Shown here piece by piece: positions 1 through 8,312 of a stretch of 55,666 nt of DNA. Position 1 is the stretch's first letter. Every line of letters begins with the position of its first letter. The notes under the pieces are model-generated. The model saw nothing but the letters and a program-made list of their open reading frames with translations. It did not search any database and was not told the DNA's origin. Both the position numbers and the translations under genes were made by a program. Source of the DNA: Orrella sp. (GTDB lineage: Bacteria > Pseudomonadota > Gammaproteobacteria > Burkholderiales > Burkholderiaceae_B); NCBI GenBank assembly GCA_036675955.1, contig JAKFDW010000123.1:1-55666 (forward strand). Direction: 5' to 3'.

Positions 1-1
1 A

Positions 2-343
2 CTCCTGAATCAAGCGCCTTTTTTGTTGCCCGGGGAAGATGTGGCGATCCGCACCCGGCTGCTGCAATGGTTCGACGAGCGCAAGATCCGTCCTAGAATC
101 GTTGGTGAATTCGACGATAGTGCCTTGCTGAATTCATTCGGGCAGACCGGTACCGGCCTTTTCGTCGCGCCGACGGCAACCGCGGCCTATTTGTGCGAGC
201 AATGCCGCGTGCAGGCGGTGGGCATCACCAATGAGGTGAAGGAACAACTTTACGCCATCACCACAGAACGCCACCTCCAACACCCGGCCGTCCTCGCAGT
301 GAGCAAGGCAGCGCAAGAAAAAGTTTTTGGCGCACATGCTTGA
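2..343 (+). CDS. nhaR: LysR-family regulator, NhaR-like, C-terminal part (5' truncated by window edge)
   Basis: Open frame from the window start; LLPGEDVAIR..LLQWF..PRIVGEFDDSALL.SFGQ.G.GLF.AP..YAITTERHLQHPAV matches the NhaR effector domain. Confidence 0.75.
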   Translation, partial: LLNQAPFLLPGEDVAIRTRLLQWFDERKIRPRIVGEFDDSALLNSFGQTGTGLFVAPTATAAYLCEQCRVQAVGITNEVKEQLYAITTERHLQHPAVLAVSKAAQEKVFGAHA

Positions 344-507
344 AAATAGGAATTTCCAAGCAACGTAAGCGATGTGGGGTCTTTATGCCGGCGCATGCGC
401 GCGAAACCGAGGCTGGCGGTAGTGCGGGGCAGGGCCGCCCAGCGTGACGGTATGCGCCAGCGTAATCAAGGAACGGCAGCCATGACGTCGGAAACCGACG
501 CATCTGA

Positions 508-717
508 TCAGATTACTTTGATCGATTTAGCCTGTGGGCCCTTCGGGCCTTCAGCCGTCTCATAAGACACCCGTTGGTTTTCTTCGAGCGATTTATAGCC
601 CGCGCCGATGATGTCGCTATGATGAGCAAATAAATCCTTGCCACCGTCGTCGGGCGTAATAAAGCCGAATCCTTTTTCGTTGTTGAACCACTTCACGATG
701 CCGGTTTTGCTTGGCAT
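508..717 (-). CDS. Cold-shock protein (CspA family)
   Basis: 69 aa; [15 protein letters not shown] (RNP1), LFAHHS (RNP2), GPKGPQA; AAGGA RBS. Confidence 0.95.
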   Translation of the reverse strand: MPSKTGIVKWFNNEKGFGFITPDDGGKDLFAHHSDIIGAGYKSLEENQRVSYETAEGPKGPQAKSIKVI

Positions 718-770
718 TTTTTTCGTCCTTGAAGGTTAAAGTCAATACGCAATACGAAAACGGCCGTGCG

Positions 771-1124
771 CTAGTTCAGATGCATGGCCTGGCTTTTATT
801 CTTGAATGCCATGAAAAACGGCGGCATTATCAGATTAAACAAAAACCGTTCACTTTGTGTTTCAGGCGTCTTCAACGTAATAGAAAAAAGTGGGAGATGT
901 TCTTTTTTATTGGATCCTGCGTCTTCGACGACGCCCAGGCAGGTCGCTTCTTCGATCAACGCGGTGGGCAACGTAAGCCAATTGGCCAAGTTATCGGCCG
1001 AAAATTGAATTGAAGATGCCGTAGCGTCCTTGAGCACGCCCACGATGACGACTTTGTCGGTGGTCGCCACAGATTCTTTACATTTCAGATAGGTCACAAA
1101 GTCTAAGGTTGAAAGCTTGGTCAT
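771..1124 (-). CDS. Hypothetical protein (117 aa)
   Basis: ATG at 1124 with AGGA upstream; globular-looking composition; AT-richer DNA; no family recognised. Confidence 0.6.
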   Translation of the reverse strand: MTKLSTLDFVTYLKCKESVATTDKVVIVGVLKDATASSIQFSADNLANWLTLPTALIEEATCLGVVEDAGSNKKEHLPLFSITLKTPETQSERFLFNLIMPPFFMAFKNKSQAMHLN

Positions 1125-1363
1125 GAGTCGTATTCCTGAGAGGCAATAGTTGTCAAAATGATGACTCAACGCGAGTACAAATCATTGTTCAACGGTTCGC
1201 AGAATATACGGGCGGCCAACCCATCGTAATGGTAATTACCCTAGCAATTTCAAAGAGATACGTTTCTTATTGTTTATTACAGCTGGCCATCCTGCACGGC
1301 TTCCAGTGCTCCGTGTCAGCGACTGCCGAGCGACGACGTCGGCGATCAGGAAGGCTGGGAGTG

Positions 1364-1699
1364 CTATCGATCAATGCGTAGCGCCGCACGGATATGTCGC
1401 GCAATGGCTTCGCAATCCTGCGGTTGTGGCGCTGAATTCATATTTACATCCTCCACATACGCCAGTGCCGCTAGCAGCGCTACCGATAGCCGTTCGACCT
1501 GTTCGCTTAGCTGCTGTGCCTCATCCTGCCGGCCCTGATTGAACGCCTCTACGAGTGAATATAGACCTCCGTAGAGGTACATGTGTCGATGCTCATGGGG
1601 CACCCTGCGCCACCACCGGATAAAACCTGGGGGAATATCAGCTTCCGTCAATCTAGGCCTGTGCCAGGTACCATCGATATGTTCAGTACGCTCCATCAT
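1364..1699 (-). CDS. Hypothetical protein (111 aa)
   Basis: GGAGG RBS just before ATG ATG; helical C-terminus; no family recognised. Confidence 0.5.
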   Translation of the reverse strand: MMERTEHIDGTWHRPRLTEADIPPGFIRWWRRVPHEHRHMYLYGGLYSLVEAFNQGRQDEAQQLSEQVERLSVALLAALAYVEDVNMNSAPQPQDCEAIARHIRAALRIDR

Positions 1700-1806
1700 T
1701 TTGCCTCCCACACTGTCAGCGTCACCGGTCTACATCGGGCCAGGTTTCACTGAACTGAAGGTGCTCTCAGGCGAGGATTTGCACCGTACCGCGCCGCGAG
1801 CGCCAA

Positions 1807-2565
1807 TCAAACCGGACGACCGCTCGGAGGGCAGCAGTTGTACTCGATCTGCTCATCCGCATTCGGCCTGCCGCCGGGCGTCAAGTCGAACAGTGTCCAG
1901 AGCGGTTCCACAGTGCCCATATGCCGCATGTCCTGCCCCGGATCGGCCGGCTCGAACAGCAGCTCGGACGCCCAGTGCAGCCGGATCGTCCCGTCAGGCC
2001 AACGCTTGAACACTGTCATTACAGGTTGTTGCTGACCATCGGCATTCTCGCCATGGTAGTCACGCTTGAAGCTGTTGTTCGCCGCGGACAGCAGCCGGAT
2101 ATGCTTCCACCCTTTGCTGCGCGCAAACGCGGCAACCCGCTCGATCGGCGCCTTGGCGACAACGGCCAGCTTGCCGCCCAGCCCCTCGAAATGGGGCATC
2201 GTTCCCTCCCACATGTCGATCAGCGCGGTGCACGAAGGGCATGGCCCTTCGGCCAACGGCACCTGAGCCATGGCGCCGACCGTCGGACCGGGGCGTTTGT
2301 CCCCGGCATGCCGGGGGAACATATAGTGGTAGAGCATCAGCGTGTCCCCGCCGCCAAACAGCGTGGACAGACGCACCGTACTCGGCGCTCCATCGGCGCC
2401 GATGGAGTCGAAGACGTAGTCTTGCGGCACTTCGCCACCTGGCGGCAGCGCCCTCAACTGGGCGGCGACGGCCTCCATTTCCCGGCGCAACACAACCTCG
2501 CGCTGCAACAGGGCAGCACGCGCGTCGCGGTAGTCCTGCGTTTCGTTCGGGAAAGTCACATTCAT
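1807..2565 (-). CDS. DUF899 family thioredoxin-like protein
   Basis: Start re-placed at MNVTFPNE (AGGAG RBS); YRDARAALL..E..LR, RALPPGG, CPSC motif, D.RHMG..EPLW..FDLTP.GR. Confidence 0.85.
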   Translation of the reverse strand: MNVTFPNETQDYRDARAALLQREVVLRREMEAVAAQLRALPPGGEVPQDYVFDSIGADGAPSTVRLSTLFGGGDTLMLYHYMFPRHAGDKRPGPTVGAMAQVPLAEGPCPSCTALIDMWEGTMPHFEGLGGKLAVVAKAPIERVAAFARSKGWKHIRLLSAANNSFKRDYHGENADGQQQPVMTVFKRWPDGTIRLHWASELLFEPADPGQDMRHMGTVEPLWTLFDLTPGGRPNADEQIEYNCCPPSGRPV

Positions 2566-2630
2566 GATTTTCTCCTGGCTTACAGAAACTGCGGTCCTCC
2601 ATGCCTGCGACCATGGGCGCATGAGTCGAC

Positions 2631-3023
2631 TCAAATCATAGAGTGCAAGCCGATGGTGTTGCCTTCGGTGTCGATCACGAGTGCGCATTGGCCGTACTGG
2701 CCAATCGAAAACTTGGGCTTGAAGACCTTGCCGCCGGCCGCTTCAACGCGGCCTTGCTCCACGGCGCAGTCTTCGCAAGCAAAGTACACAAGCGTGCCCG
2801 GTCCGCCCGAAGGCGGGCAATCCATTTTGATCAGCATGCCGCCGGCGCCGGGCGCATCCATAGCCATCGGAAAGCCCAGCATCTCCATGCCGGGCTCAGC
2901 CGTGTCGCCCTCAGGCGCCGCCAGCGGTTCCAGCGTGCACTCAAATACGGTTTCGTAGAAGTGACGCGCGCGCGCCATGTCCTGCACATAGATCTCGAAC
3001 CACACGATCGGATTGGGTTTCAC
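2631..3023 (-). CDS. VOC/glyoxalase-bleomycin resistance family protein
   Basis: NPIVWFEIYVQDM.RA..FYE.VF; YFACEDC; IDTEGN.IGLHS. Confidence 0.9.
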   Translation of the reverse strand: MKPNPIVWFEIYVQDMARARHFYETVFECTLEPLAAPEGDTAEPGMEMLGFPMAMDAPGAGGMLIKMDCPPSGGPGTLVYFACEDCAVEQGRVEAAGGKVFKPKFSIGQYGQCALVIDTEGNTIGLHSMI

Positions 3024-3283
3024 GACGGGCTCCTTTCACGCTTGCGTTGCACAAGCGATCCTTTATGAATAATTTATATTTATACGCATGCGTAGATTGA
3101 AAGAGAATAGGGGTCACGTAAAACTTCGTAAGCGCGTCTGCTCAAAGCGCAACACGAAAGGCGTTGGCAGCAGGTAAAGCACCGGCGGCAAGGTTTCGAT
3201 CGGGTCCAGGGGATAACCTGGCATGCGGTAGCGGGACCTTTTCGGAGGCATATCGGAAATAAACCAGCGCCCATCCCGAAGTC

Positions 3284-5503
3284 CTATAAAAGCTTGTCCA
3301 GCGTAATTGGCAGGCGTCTGACGCGTTTCCCCGTTGCGTGGAAAATTGCGTTCGCTATGGCAGCTGCAGTCCCCACGATGCCGATTTCACCCACGCCTTT
3401 GGCACCGAGCGGACTCATTTCGTTATCCGGTTCCTCTACGAATATCACATCGATATCGTAGACATCGGCGTGGCACGGTATGTGGTATTCAGCGAGGTTG
3501 TGGTTCATGATGCGGCCCAGGCGATGGTCAAACATGCTTTCCTCCTGCAGCGCCATGCCGATGCCCATGACGGCGCCGCCCAGTATCTGGCTGCGTGCCG
3601 TCTTGGGGTTGATGATGCGGCCGGCCGCGACGGCGAGTGTCAGCCGCGTGACGCGTACTACGCCCAATTCCCGGTCTACCTTGACTTCGGCGAATACCGC
3701 AGCGTGCGTGTTCTTGGCTTTGGCATCGGTGCTGTCCCTGGAAGGATCTATCGATGCTTCGCAATGTATTGAGGACACGCCTGATAGCGCCACAATGTCC
3801 CGGTAATCGATGAAACGCGACGGGTCTTTGGCAACGCGCACGCAGCCTTCGCAAAACTCGACCTCTTCGAACCCCACGGCGCCCAGCGGATTGTCTTCTG
3901 ATTGCGCCACCGTCTCGAAGAGCCGTTGAGCCAGCTTCCCGCAGGCGCGGCTGACGGCTGCGCCCACCGAGGTCGCCATGCTGGATCCGCCTTCGAGGCT
4001 GGCAGCGGGCAGACTGGAATCGCCGAGAGACACATTTACGCGATTCAAGGGCAAGCCGAGGGTGCCGGCGGCAATCTGGGCCATGACGGTATAAGTGCCT
4101 GTGCCGATATCTGATGCAGCCGAGGCGATGGTCAGGATGCCCTGTTTATCAAGAGTTGCGCGGGCACTCGCTTTCAACATCAATGCTTCCCAGATGCCCG
4201 TGGCCATCCCCCAGCCTATGAGTTCCTTGCCTTCTTGCATCGAGCGCGGCTCCGGACTGCGGTTGCGCCAACCGAAGCGGGCAGCACCTTCACGATAGGC
4301 GGCCATCAGGGCTTTGCTGGTATAGGGCAGGGCAGTGAGTCCGTGCGTATCGGAATAATTGATCTGGCGAAGCGCAAGGGGGTCAATTCCGCGCGCGTAT
4401 GCCAGTTCATCCATCGCGATTTCAAACAAGTTCATGCCGGTGGCCGCGCCCGGCGCACGCATGTTCCCGGGCGTAGGAGTGTCGATGCCAGCGACGGCGT
4501 AGTCCAGCCGGATGTTGTCGCAGGGATAGGCCGTGGGACCCCATCCGACGATGTTCTCGGTATAGGTTTCAAACTGCGAAGTGCTGGTGGTGGCCTTCAG
4601 GGTAATGGCGGTCAATTTCGACTGCGCATCGCAAGCCAGGGTCACGTTTTGAATGCAGGCGGGACGGTGCACATGGGTGAACATTTGCTGACGCGTCAGT
4701 GTGACGCGTATGGAACGTTCCAGCTTGATGGCGGCCAGCATGGCCAGGTAAGCCTGGTAGGCCGGACGCAGACCGGAACCAAACGCGCCACCCACGAAAG
4801 GATTGATGACCTTGAGCGTCTCCGCGGTATAGCCGAATGCTTGCGTCAACTGCTCTTGCGCGTTTTGCGAACCCTGATTCTTGTCATAGATGGTGACAGT
4901 GCCGTCCCCATGCCATTCGACGGTCGTTGCGTGCATTTCCATGGGATGGTGTTGTTCCATCGCCAAATGATAGGTCTGTTCGATCTTCGCCGCGGCCTGC
5001 GCAGAGGCCATGTCGACATCGCCCTCGATCGTATTGCCTTTTTTCTTCTCCTCGGGCGTTCGCCGGTGCGCCAGCGCTGTTTCAAGGCAAGTGTTGTGGC
5101 CTGCTTCCTGATAGCTCGCCGTAACCAGCATGGCGCCCCGGCGCGCCGCCTCGAAGCTTGTACCCACGACCAAGGCAATCGGTTGCCCCGCAAACACAAT
5201 GGAATCATCACATAAGGTACGGGTTGGCGGCTTGGCGGGCGCCGCCGACCCGTCATTTTCCATGTCGAACCAAGGCACGTGAGGGCGGTTCTCGTGGGTC
5301 AGAACTTCAACCACGCCTTCGAGCTGCCGTGCTTGGGATGCGTCGATGGACGTAATGCGTCCTCGCGCAATTCCAGCGCTTACAACGACGCCATAAAGAA
5401 GGTTCTGAGCAGGGTGTTCACCCGCATAAATGGCCTGTCCGGTGACCTTCATCGTGCCATCGACGCGATTCACTGCGGTGCCGATATCGGGCTGAGCCGT
5501 CAT
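3284..5503 (-). CDS. paoC: Xanthine dehydrogenase-family molybdopterin-binding subunit (PaoC/YagR-like)
   Basis: RVDG..KVTG.A.Y, GGAFGSG, MRAPG, DIGTGTYT, GRIINP, GAKGVGEIG motifs. Confidence 0.9.
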   Translation of the reverse strand: MTAQPDIGTAVNRVDGTMKVTGQAIYAGEHPAQNLLYGVVVSAGIARGRITSIDASQARQLEGVVEVLTHENRPHVPWFDMENDGSAAPAKPPTRTLCDDSIVFAGQPIALVVGTSFEAARRGAMLVTASYQEAGHNTCLETALAHRRTPEEKKKGNTIEGDVDMASAQAAAKIEQTYHLAMEQHHPMEMHATTVEWHGDGTVTIYDKNQGSQNAQEQLTQAFGYTAETLKVINPFVGGAFGSGLRPAYQAYLAMLAAIKLERSIRVTLTRQQMFTHVHRPACIQNVTLACDAQSKLTAITLKATTSTSQFETYTENIVGWGPTAYPCDNIRLDYAVAGIDTPTPGNMRAPGAATGMNLFEIAMDELAYARGIDPLALRQINYSDTHGLTALPYTSKALMAAYREGAARFGWRNRSPEPRSMQEGKELIGWGMATGIWEALMLKASARATLDKQGILTIASAASDIGTGTYTVMAQIAAGTLGLPLNRVNVSLGDSSLPAASLEGGSSMATSVGAAVSRACGKLAQRLFETVAQSEDNPLGAVGFEEVEFCEGCVRVAKDPSRFIDYRDIVALSGVSSIHCEASIDPSRDSTDAKAKNTHAAVFAEVKVDRELGVVRVTRLTLAVAAGRIINPKTARSQILGGAVMGIGMALQEESMFDHRLGRIMNHNLAEYHIPCHADVYDIDVIFVEEPDNEMSPLGAKGVGEIGIVGTAAAIANAIFHATGKRVRRLPITLDKLL

Positions 5504-5513
5504 GACCGTCTCC

Positions 5514-6527
5514 TTAGATAATTCGCTTATCGGTTTGAGATTGAGGTGTGCCGTCGGCAGCTTGTGTAAGCGCGCGTACTATGGCGCGTTGCGCCAACTC
5601 TATCTTGAAGTCGTTGTCGCCCTGGCCTTTTGCACCGTTCAGCAAGCTGCGGGCAAATTCAATGAACGTTTCCCCGTTCGCCTGCGCGCCTATCAGTTTC
5701 TGTTCGGCATCGGGGTTGCGCCAAGGCTTGTGGGCCACCCCGCCCAACGCAACGCGTGCTGCGGTGATGCGTCCGTCTTTGATCAGCAACGCCGCCGCCA
5801 CGGAAACCAGGGCAAAGGCATAAGCCAGTCGATCGCGGATTTTCAGATAACTGTAGTGCTGGCTGAACCCTTCCTCTGGAAGTTCGATGCTGGTGATCAG
5901 CTCGCCGGGCGCCAGGTTATTGTCAAGATGAGGCGTCTCGCCGGGGAGGCGGTGAAAATCTGCAAACGCCATGCAGCGCGGGCCATCCGGGCCAACCACG
6001 TTAACCGTGGCGTCGAGCGCCGCCATGGCGACGCACATGTCCGATGGGTGGGTGGCAATGCATTTATCGTTTGCGCCCAATATGGCATGGATGCGTGTGA
6101 CGCCCCCGATCGCGCTACAGCCTGAGCCGGGCAGCCGCTTATTGCAAGACGTCGCCACATCGTAGAAGTAATAGCAGCGGGTGCGCTGCATCAAGTTGCC
6201 GCCCGTCGTGGCCATATTGCGAAGCTGCGGACTGGCTCCCGCCAGCAATGCACTGGTCAGAAGAGGGTAGCGCTTACGCACACGCGGATCAGCGGCCAGG
6301 TCGGCGTTGCGTACCAGCGCCCCTATACGTATGCCGCCTTCAGCCGCCTCTTCGATGTAATTCAACGGCAAGTCGTTGATATCGATCAATCGCTGGGGGC
6401 GTTCGACGTTCTCTTTCATGAGGTCCAACAGATTTGTGCCGCCAGCGATGAATTTGACGTCCTCCTCGGCGCCCTCAAGCGTAGCTTGAGCAAGGTCTCG
6501 AGCGCGTATGTACGAGAATGGGTTCAT
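5514..6527 (-). CDS. paoB: Xanthine dehydrogenase-family FAD-binding subunit (PaoB/YagS-like)
   Basis: IAGGTNLLDLMK, ASPQLRNMATTGGNL.QRTRC, Cys-rich 4Fe-4S insert (C..CNKR.PGSGC..CIATHPSD); start overlaps the upstream stop (ATGA). Confidence 0.9.
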   Translation of the reverse strand: MNPFSYIRARDLAQATLEGAEEDVKFIAGGTNLLDLMKENVERPQRLIDINDLPLNYIEEAAEGGIRIGALVRNADLAADPRVRKRYPLLTSALLAGASPQLRNMATTGGNLMQRTRCYYFYDVATSCNKRLPGSGCSAIGGVTRIHAILGANDKCIATHPSDMCVAMAALDATVNVVGPDGPRCMAFADFHRLPGETPHLDNNLAPGELITSIELPEEGFSQHYSYLKIRDRLAYAFALVSVAAALLIKDGRITAARVALGGVAHKPWRNPDAEQKLIGAQANGETFIEFARSLLNGAKGQGDNDFKIELAQRAIVRALTQAADGTPQSQTDKRII

Positions 6528-7036
6528 GTACGCTCCCGTTTCTTCAGCACGTCCATAATGGCGTCCACGATGTTGGTGTACGCCCCGCAACGGCATAGAT
6601 TGCCGCTCATGAACTCGCGGATCACATCGCGCAGCGCTTCGTCCGACTTCGCCTCGCGGCTTCTTTCTGCGCTTGCGTGGCCTTCATTGACAAATCCGAC
6701 GGCCGAGCAAATCTGCCCGGGCGTACAGTAGCCGCATTGGAATGCGTCATGTTCGACGAAGGCTTTCTGCAAATCGTGCAAGATATCGCCGTCCGCCAGC
6801 CCTTCGATTGTCGTAATGGAACGGCCTTCCTGCATGATGGCAAGCGTGATACACGCGTTGATGCGGCGTCCATCTACCAATACGGTACAGGCACCGCATT
6901 GACCATGATCACAGCCTTTCTTGGTGCCGGAAAGCGTCAGTTGTTCACGTAAGACGTCCAACAGTGTCGCGCTGGCGTCCACCGAGAGTGTTCGTGACTG
7001 GCCATTTACAAAGAAATTCAACGGTAGCGCATCCAT
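6524..7036 (-). CDS. paoA: 2Fe-2S subunit (PaoA/YagT-like), no Tat leader
   Basis: GTKKGCDHGQCGACTV..INAC; FQCGYCTPGQ; GNLCRCGAY. Confidence 0.9.
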   Translation of the reverse strand: MDALPLNFFVNGQSRTLSVDASATLLDVLREQLTLSGTKKGCDHGQCGACTVLVDGRRINACITLAIMQEGRSITTIEGLADGDILHDLQKAFVEHDAFQCGYCTPGQICSAVGFVNEGHASAERSREAKSDEALRDVIREFMSGNLCRCGAYTNIVDAIMDVLKKRERT

Positions 7037-7084
7037 GAGGGCTCCTAACGCGGGCTCGGATATGGGCCGGCTATGGACATTACC

Positions 7085-7372
7085 TTATGTCACCCATTCG
7101 GGAGGTTCTTCTGGCGCCTGGGGCGGGTCACGAACATCGGGAGGAGGTTCGTCTGGAGGGGAGTTCGGATCCGGATCATCAACCGGTATAATGTCAGGTG
7201 AAGGCGGTTCATTCGGGGAAGGCCTAGGCGGCACGCCTGGCGGCGGCTCTGGCACGTGATTGCTTTGATCCCTTTCACTGAAAGCCCGATCATTGCTATT
7301 GAAAAGCTTGCCAAGCGTGAGCCCATAATGGCCATTGCTCAAGTCGTTGATTGTCCGATCTAGTGTTGCCAT
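7085..7372 (-). CDS. Small Pro/Asp/Glu-rich low-complexity protein
   Basis: GGAG RBS before MATLDR; C-terminal half PEPPPGVPPRPSPNEPPSPD..PPDEPPPD; sigma54-like promoter upstream. Confidence 0.55.
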   Translation of the reverse strand: MATLDRTINDLSNGHYGLTLGKLFNSNDRAFSERDQSNHVPEPPPGVPPRPSPNEPPSPDIIPVDDPDPNSPPDEPPPDVRDPPQAPEEPPEWVT

Positions 7373-7411
7373 ATTGCATTGCTCCATTTCAAAAGCCCAT
7401 ATGGGAATGCC

Positions 7412-7427
7412 AGCAAGTCCCAGGCCG
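7412..7427 (-). promoter_or_regulatory. Putative sigma54 (-24/-12) promoter
   Basis: Minus strand CGGCCTGGGACTTGCT = GG-N10-GC with TTGC, 40 bp upstream of the Pro-rich ORF. Confidence 0.5.
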
Positions 7428-7608
7428 CAACAGCACGGACCGTATGGAAAAGAAGCACAAATGCGTAACGCCAGGGATCAAATGCAATTTTTGCAGTTAA
7501 GGTGTGCAAGTGCTTGACTAGTGTGCAGTAGGTGGACAATCGTATACGGGTACAGCGGAACACTACGGCTTCTGCACGCGTCTATGAGTCCATGCTCTCT
7601 CCACGTGT

Positions 7609-8172
7609 TCACGCTGCATCGTTCGCTTTTACATACGTCACGAAACCTTCCAAGAATCCCCTTAGCCGCTCACGCGTATCCTTGTCCATCAGATTGCCTT
7701 CACTGTCGAACATGGAGCCGGCGCGCGGGACGAGCAGGCGGCCGCCGGACCAGGGCCGAGTACCCAAGGTGTGAAGAACCGACAGCCAGCTATTCTGCGC
7801 GAGTACAGTTCCGAATCCGCCAGGCGAGGCGCCAATCAATGCGACCGGCTTGCCGCGAAAGACACGGGGGATGTCAGTTGGCGGGCGCGACAGCCAATCA
7901 ATAACGTTCTTGAAAACACCCGGAATACCATTGTTATATTCGGGCGTCACCAGCAGCAACCCGTCAGCGGCTGCGATCGCATCCTTGATGCGGCTTACCA
8001 CTAGAGGAACACCATCGGCGTCCTCGATGTCGGCGTTATATAGCGGGATCTCATCGATCGCGGCTACCTCGAGCGTTACACCGGGTGGCATGGATTCCAC
8101 AGCGGCCATCAATAGACCTCGATTGTAGGAATGGCGCCGCAAGCTTCCTGCAATACCGACCAGTTTGGTCAT
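7609..8172 (-). CDS. NADPH-dependent FMN reductase (ChrR/YieF-like)
   Basis: GSLRRHSYN, TPEYNNGIPGVFKN.IDWLSR, GASPGGFG; AGGAG RBS. Confidence 0.9.
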   Translation of the reverse strand: MTKLVGIAGSLRRHSYNRGLLMAAVESMPPGVTLEVAAIDEIPLYNADIEDADGVPLVVSRIKDAIAAADGLLLVTPEYNNGIPGVFKNVIDWLSRPPTDIPRVFRGKPVALIGASPGGFGTVLAQNSWLSVLHTLGTRPWSGGRLLVPRAGSMFDSEGNLMDKDTRERLRGFLEGFVTYVKANDAA

Positions 8173-8312
8173 AATCATGCTCCTGAATTTTCGTGCCCTG
8201 GGACATCGCCTTCGCGCCCGGGTGCCGCCATCTTGAAAGTCCTGAATCAATATTCCACTAGAGTTGAAAATTGAACGTCCATTTCCGATTTCTTTCTCGC
8301 ACGTTTACGACA

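Noticed and set aside
486-500. CGTCGG-AAA-CCGACG hairpin after csp as a terminator
   Set aside because: The stem is only 6 bp with no U-tract on either strand
3062-3090. AT-rich TTTATGAATAA-TTTATAT-TTATACGCAT resembling a second dif/pdif site
   Set aside because: The spacer is 7 bp and the XerD-like arm is poor; more likely promoter DNA
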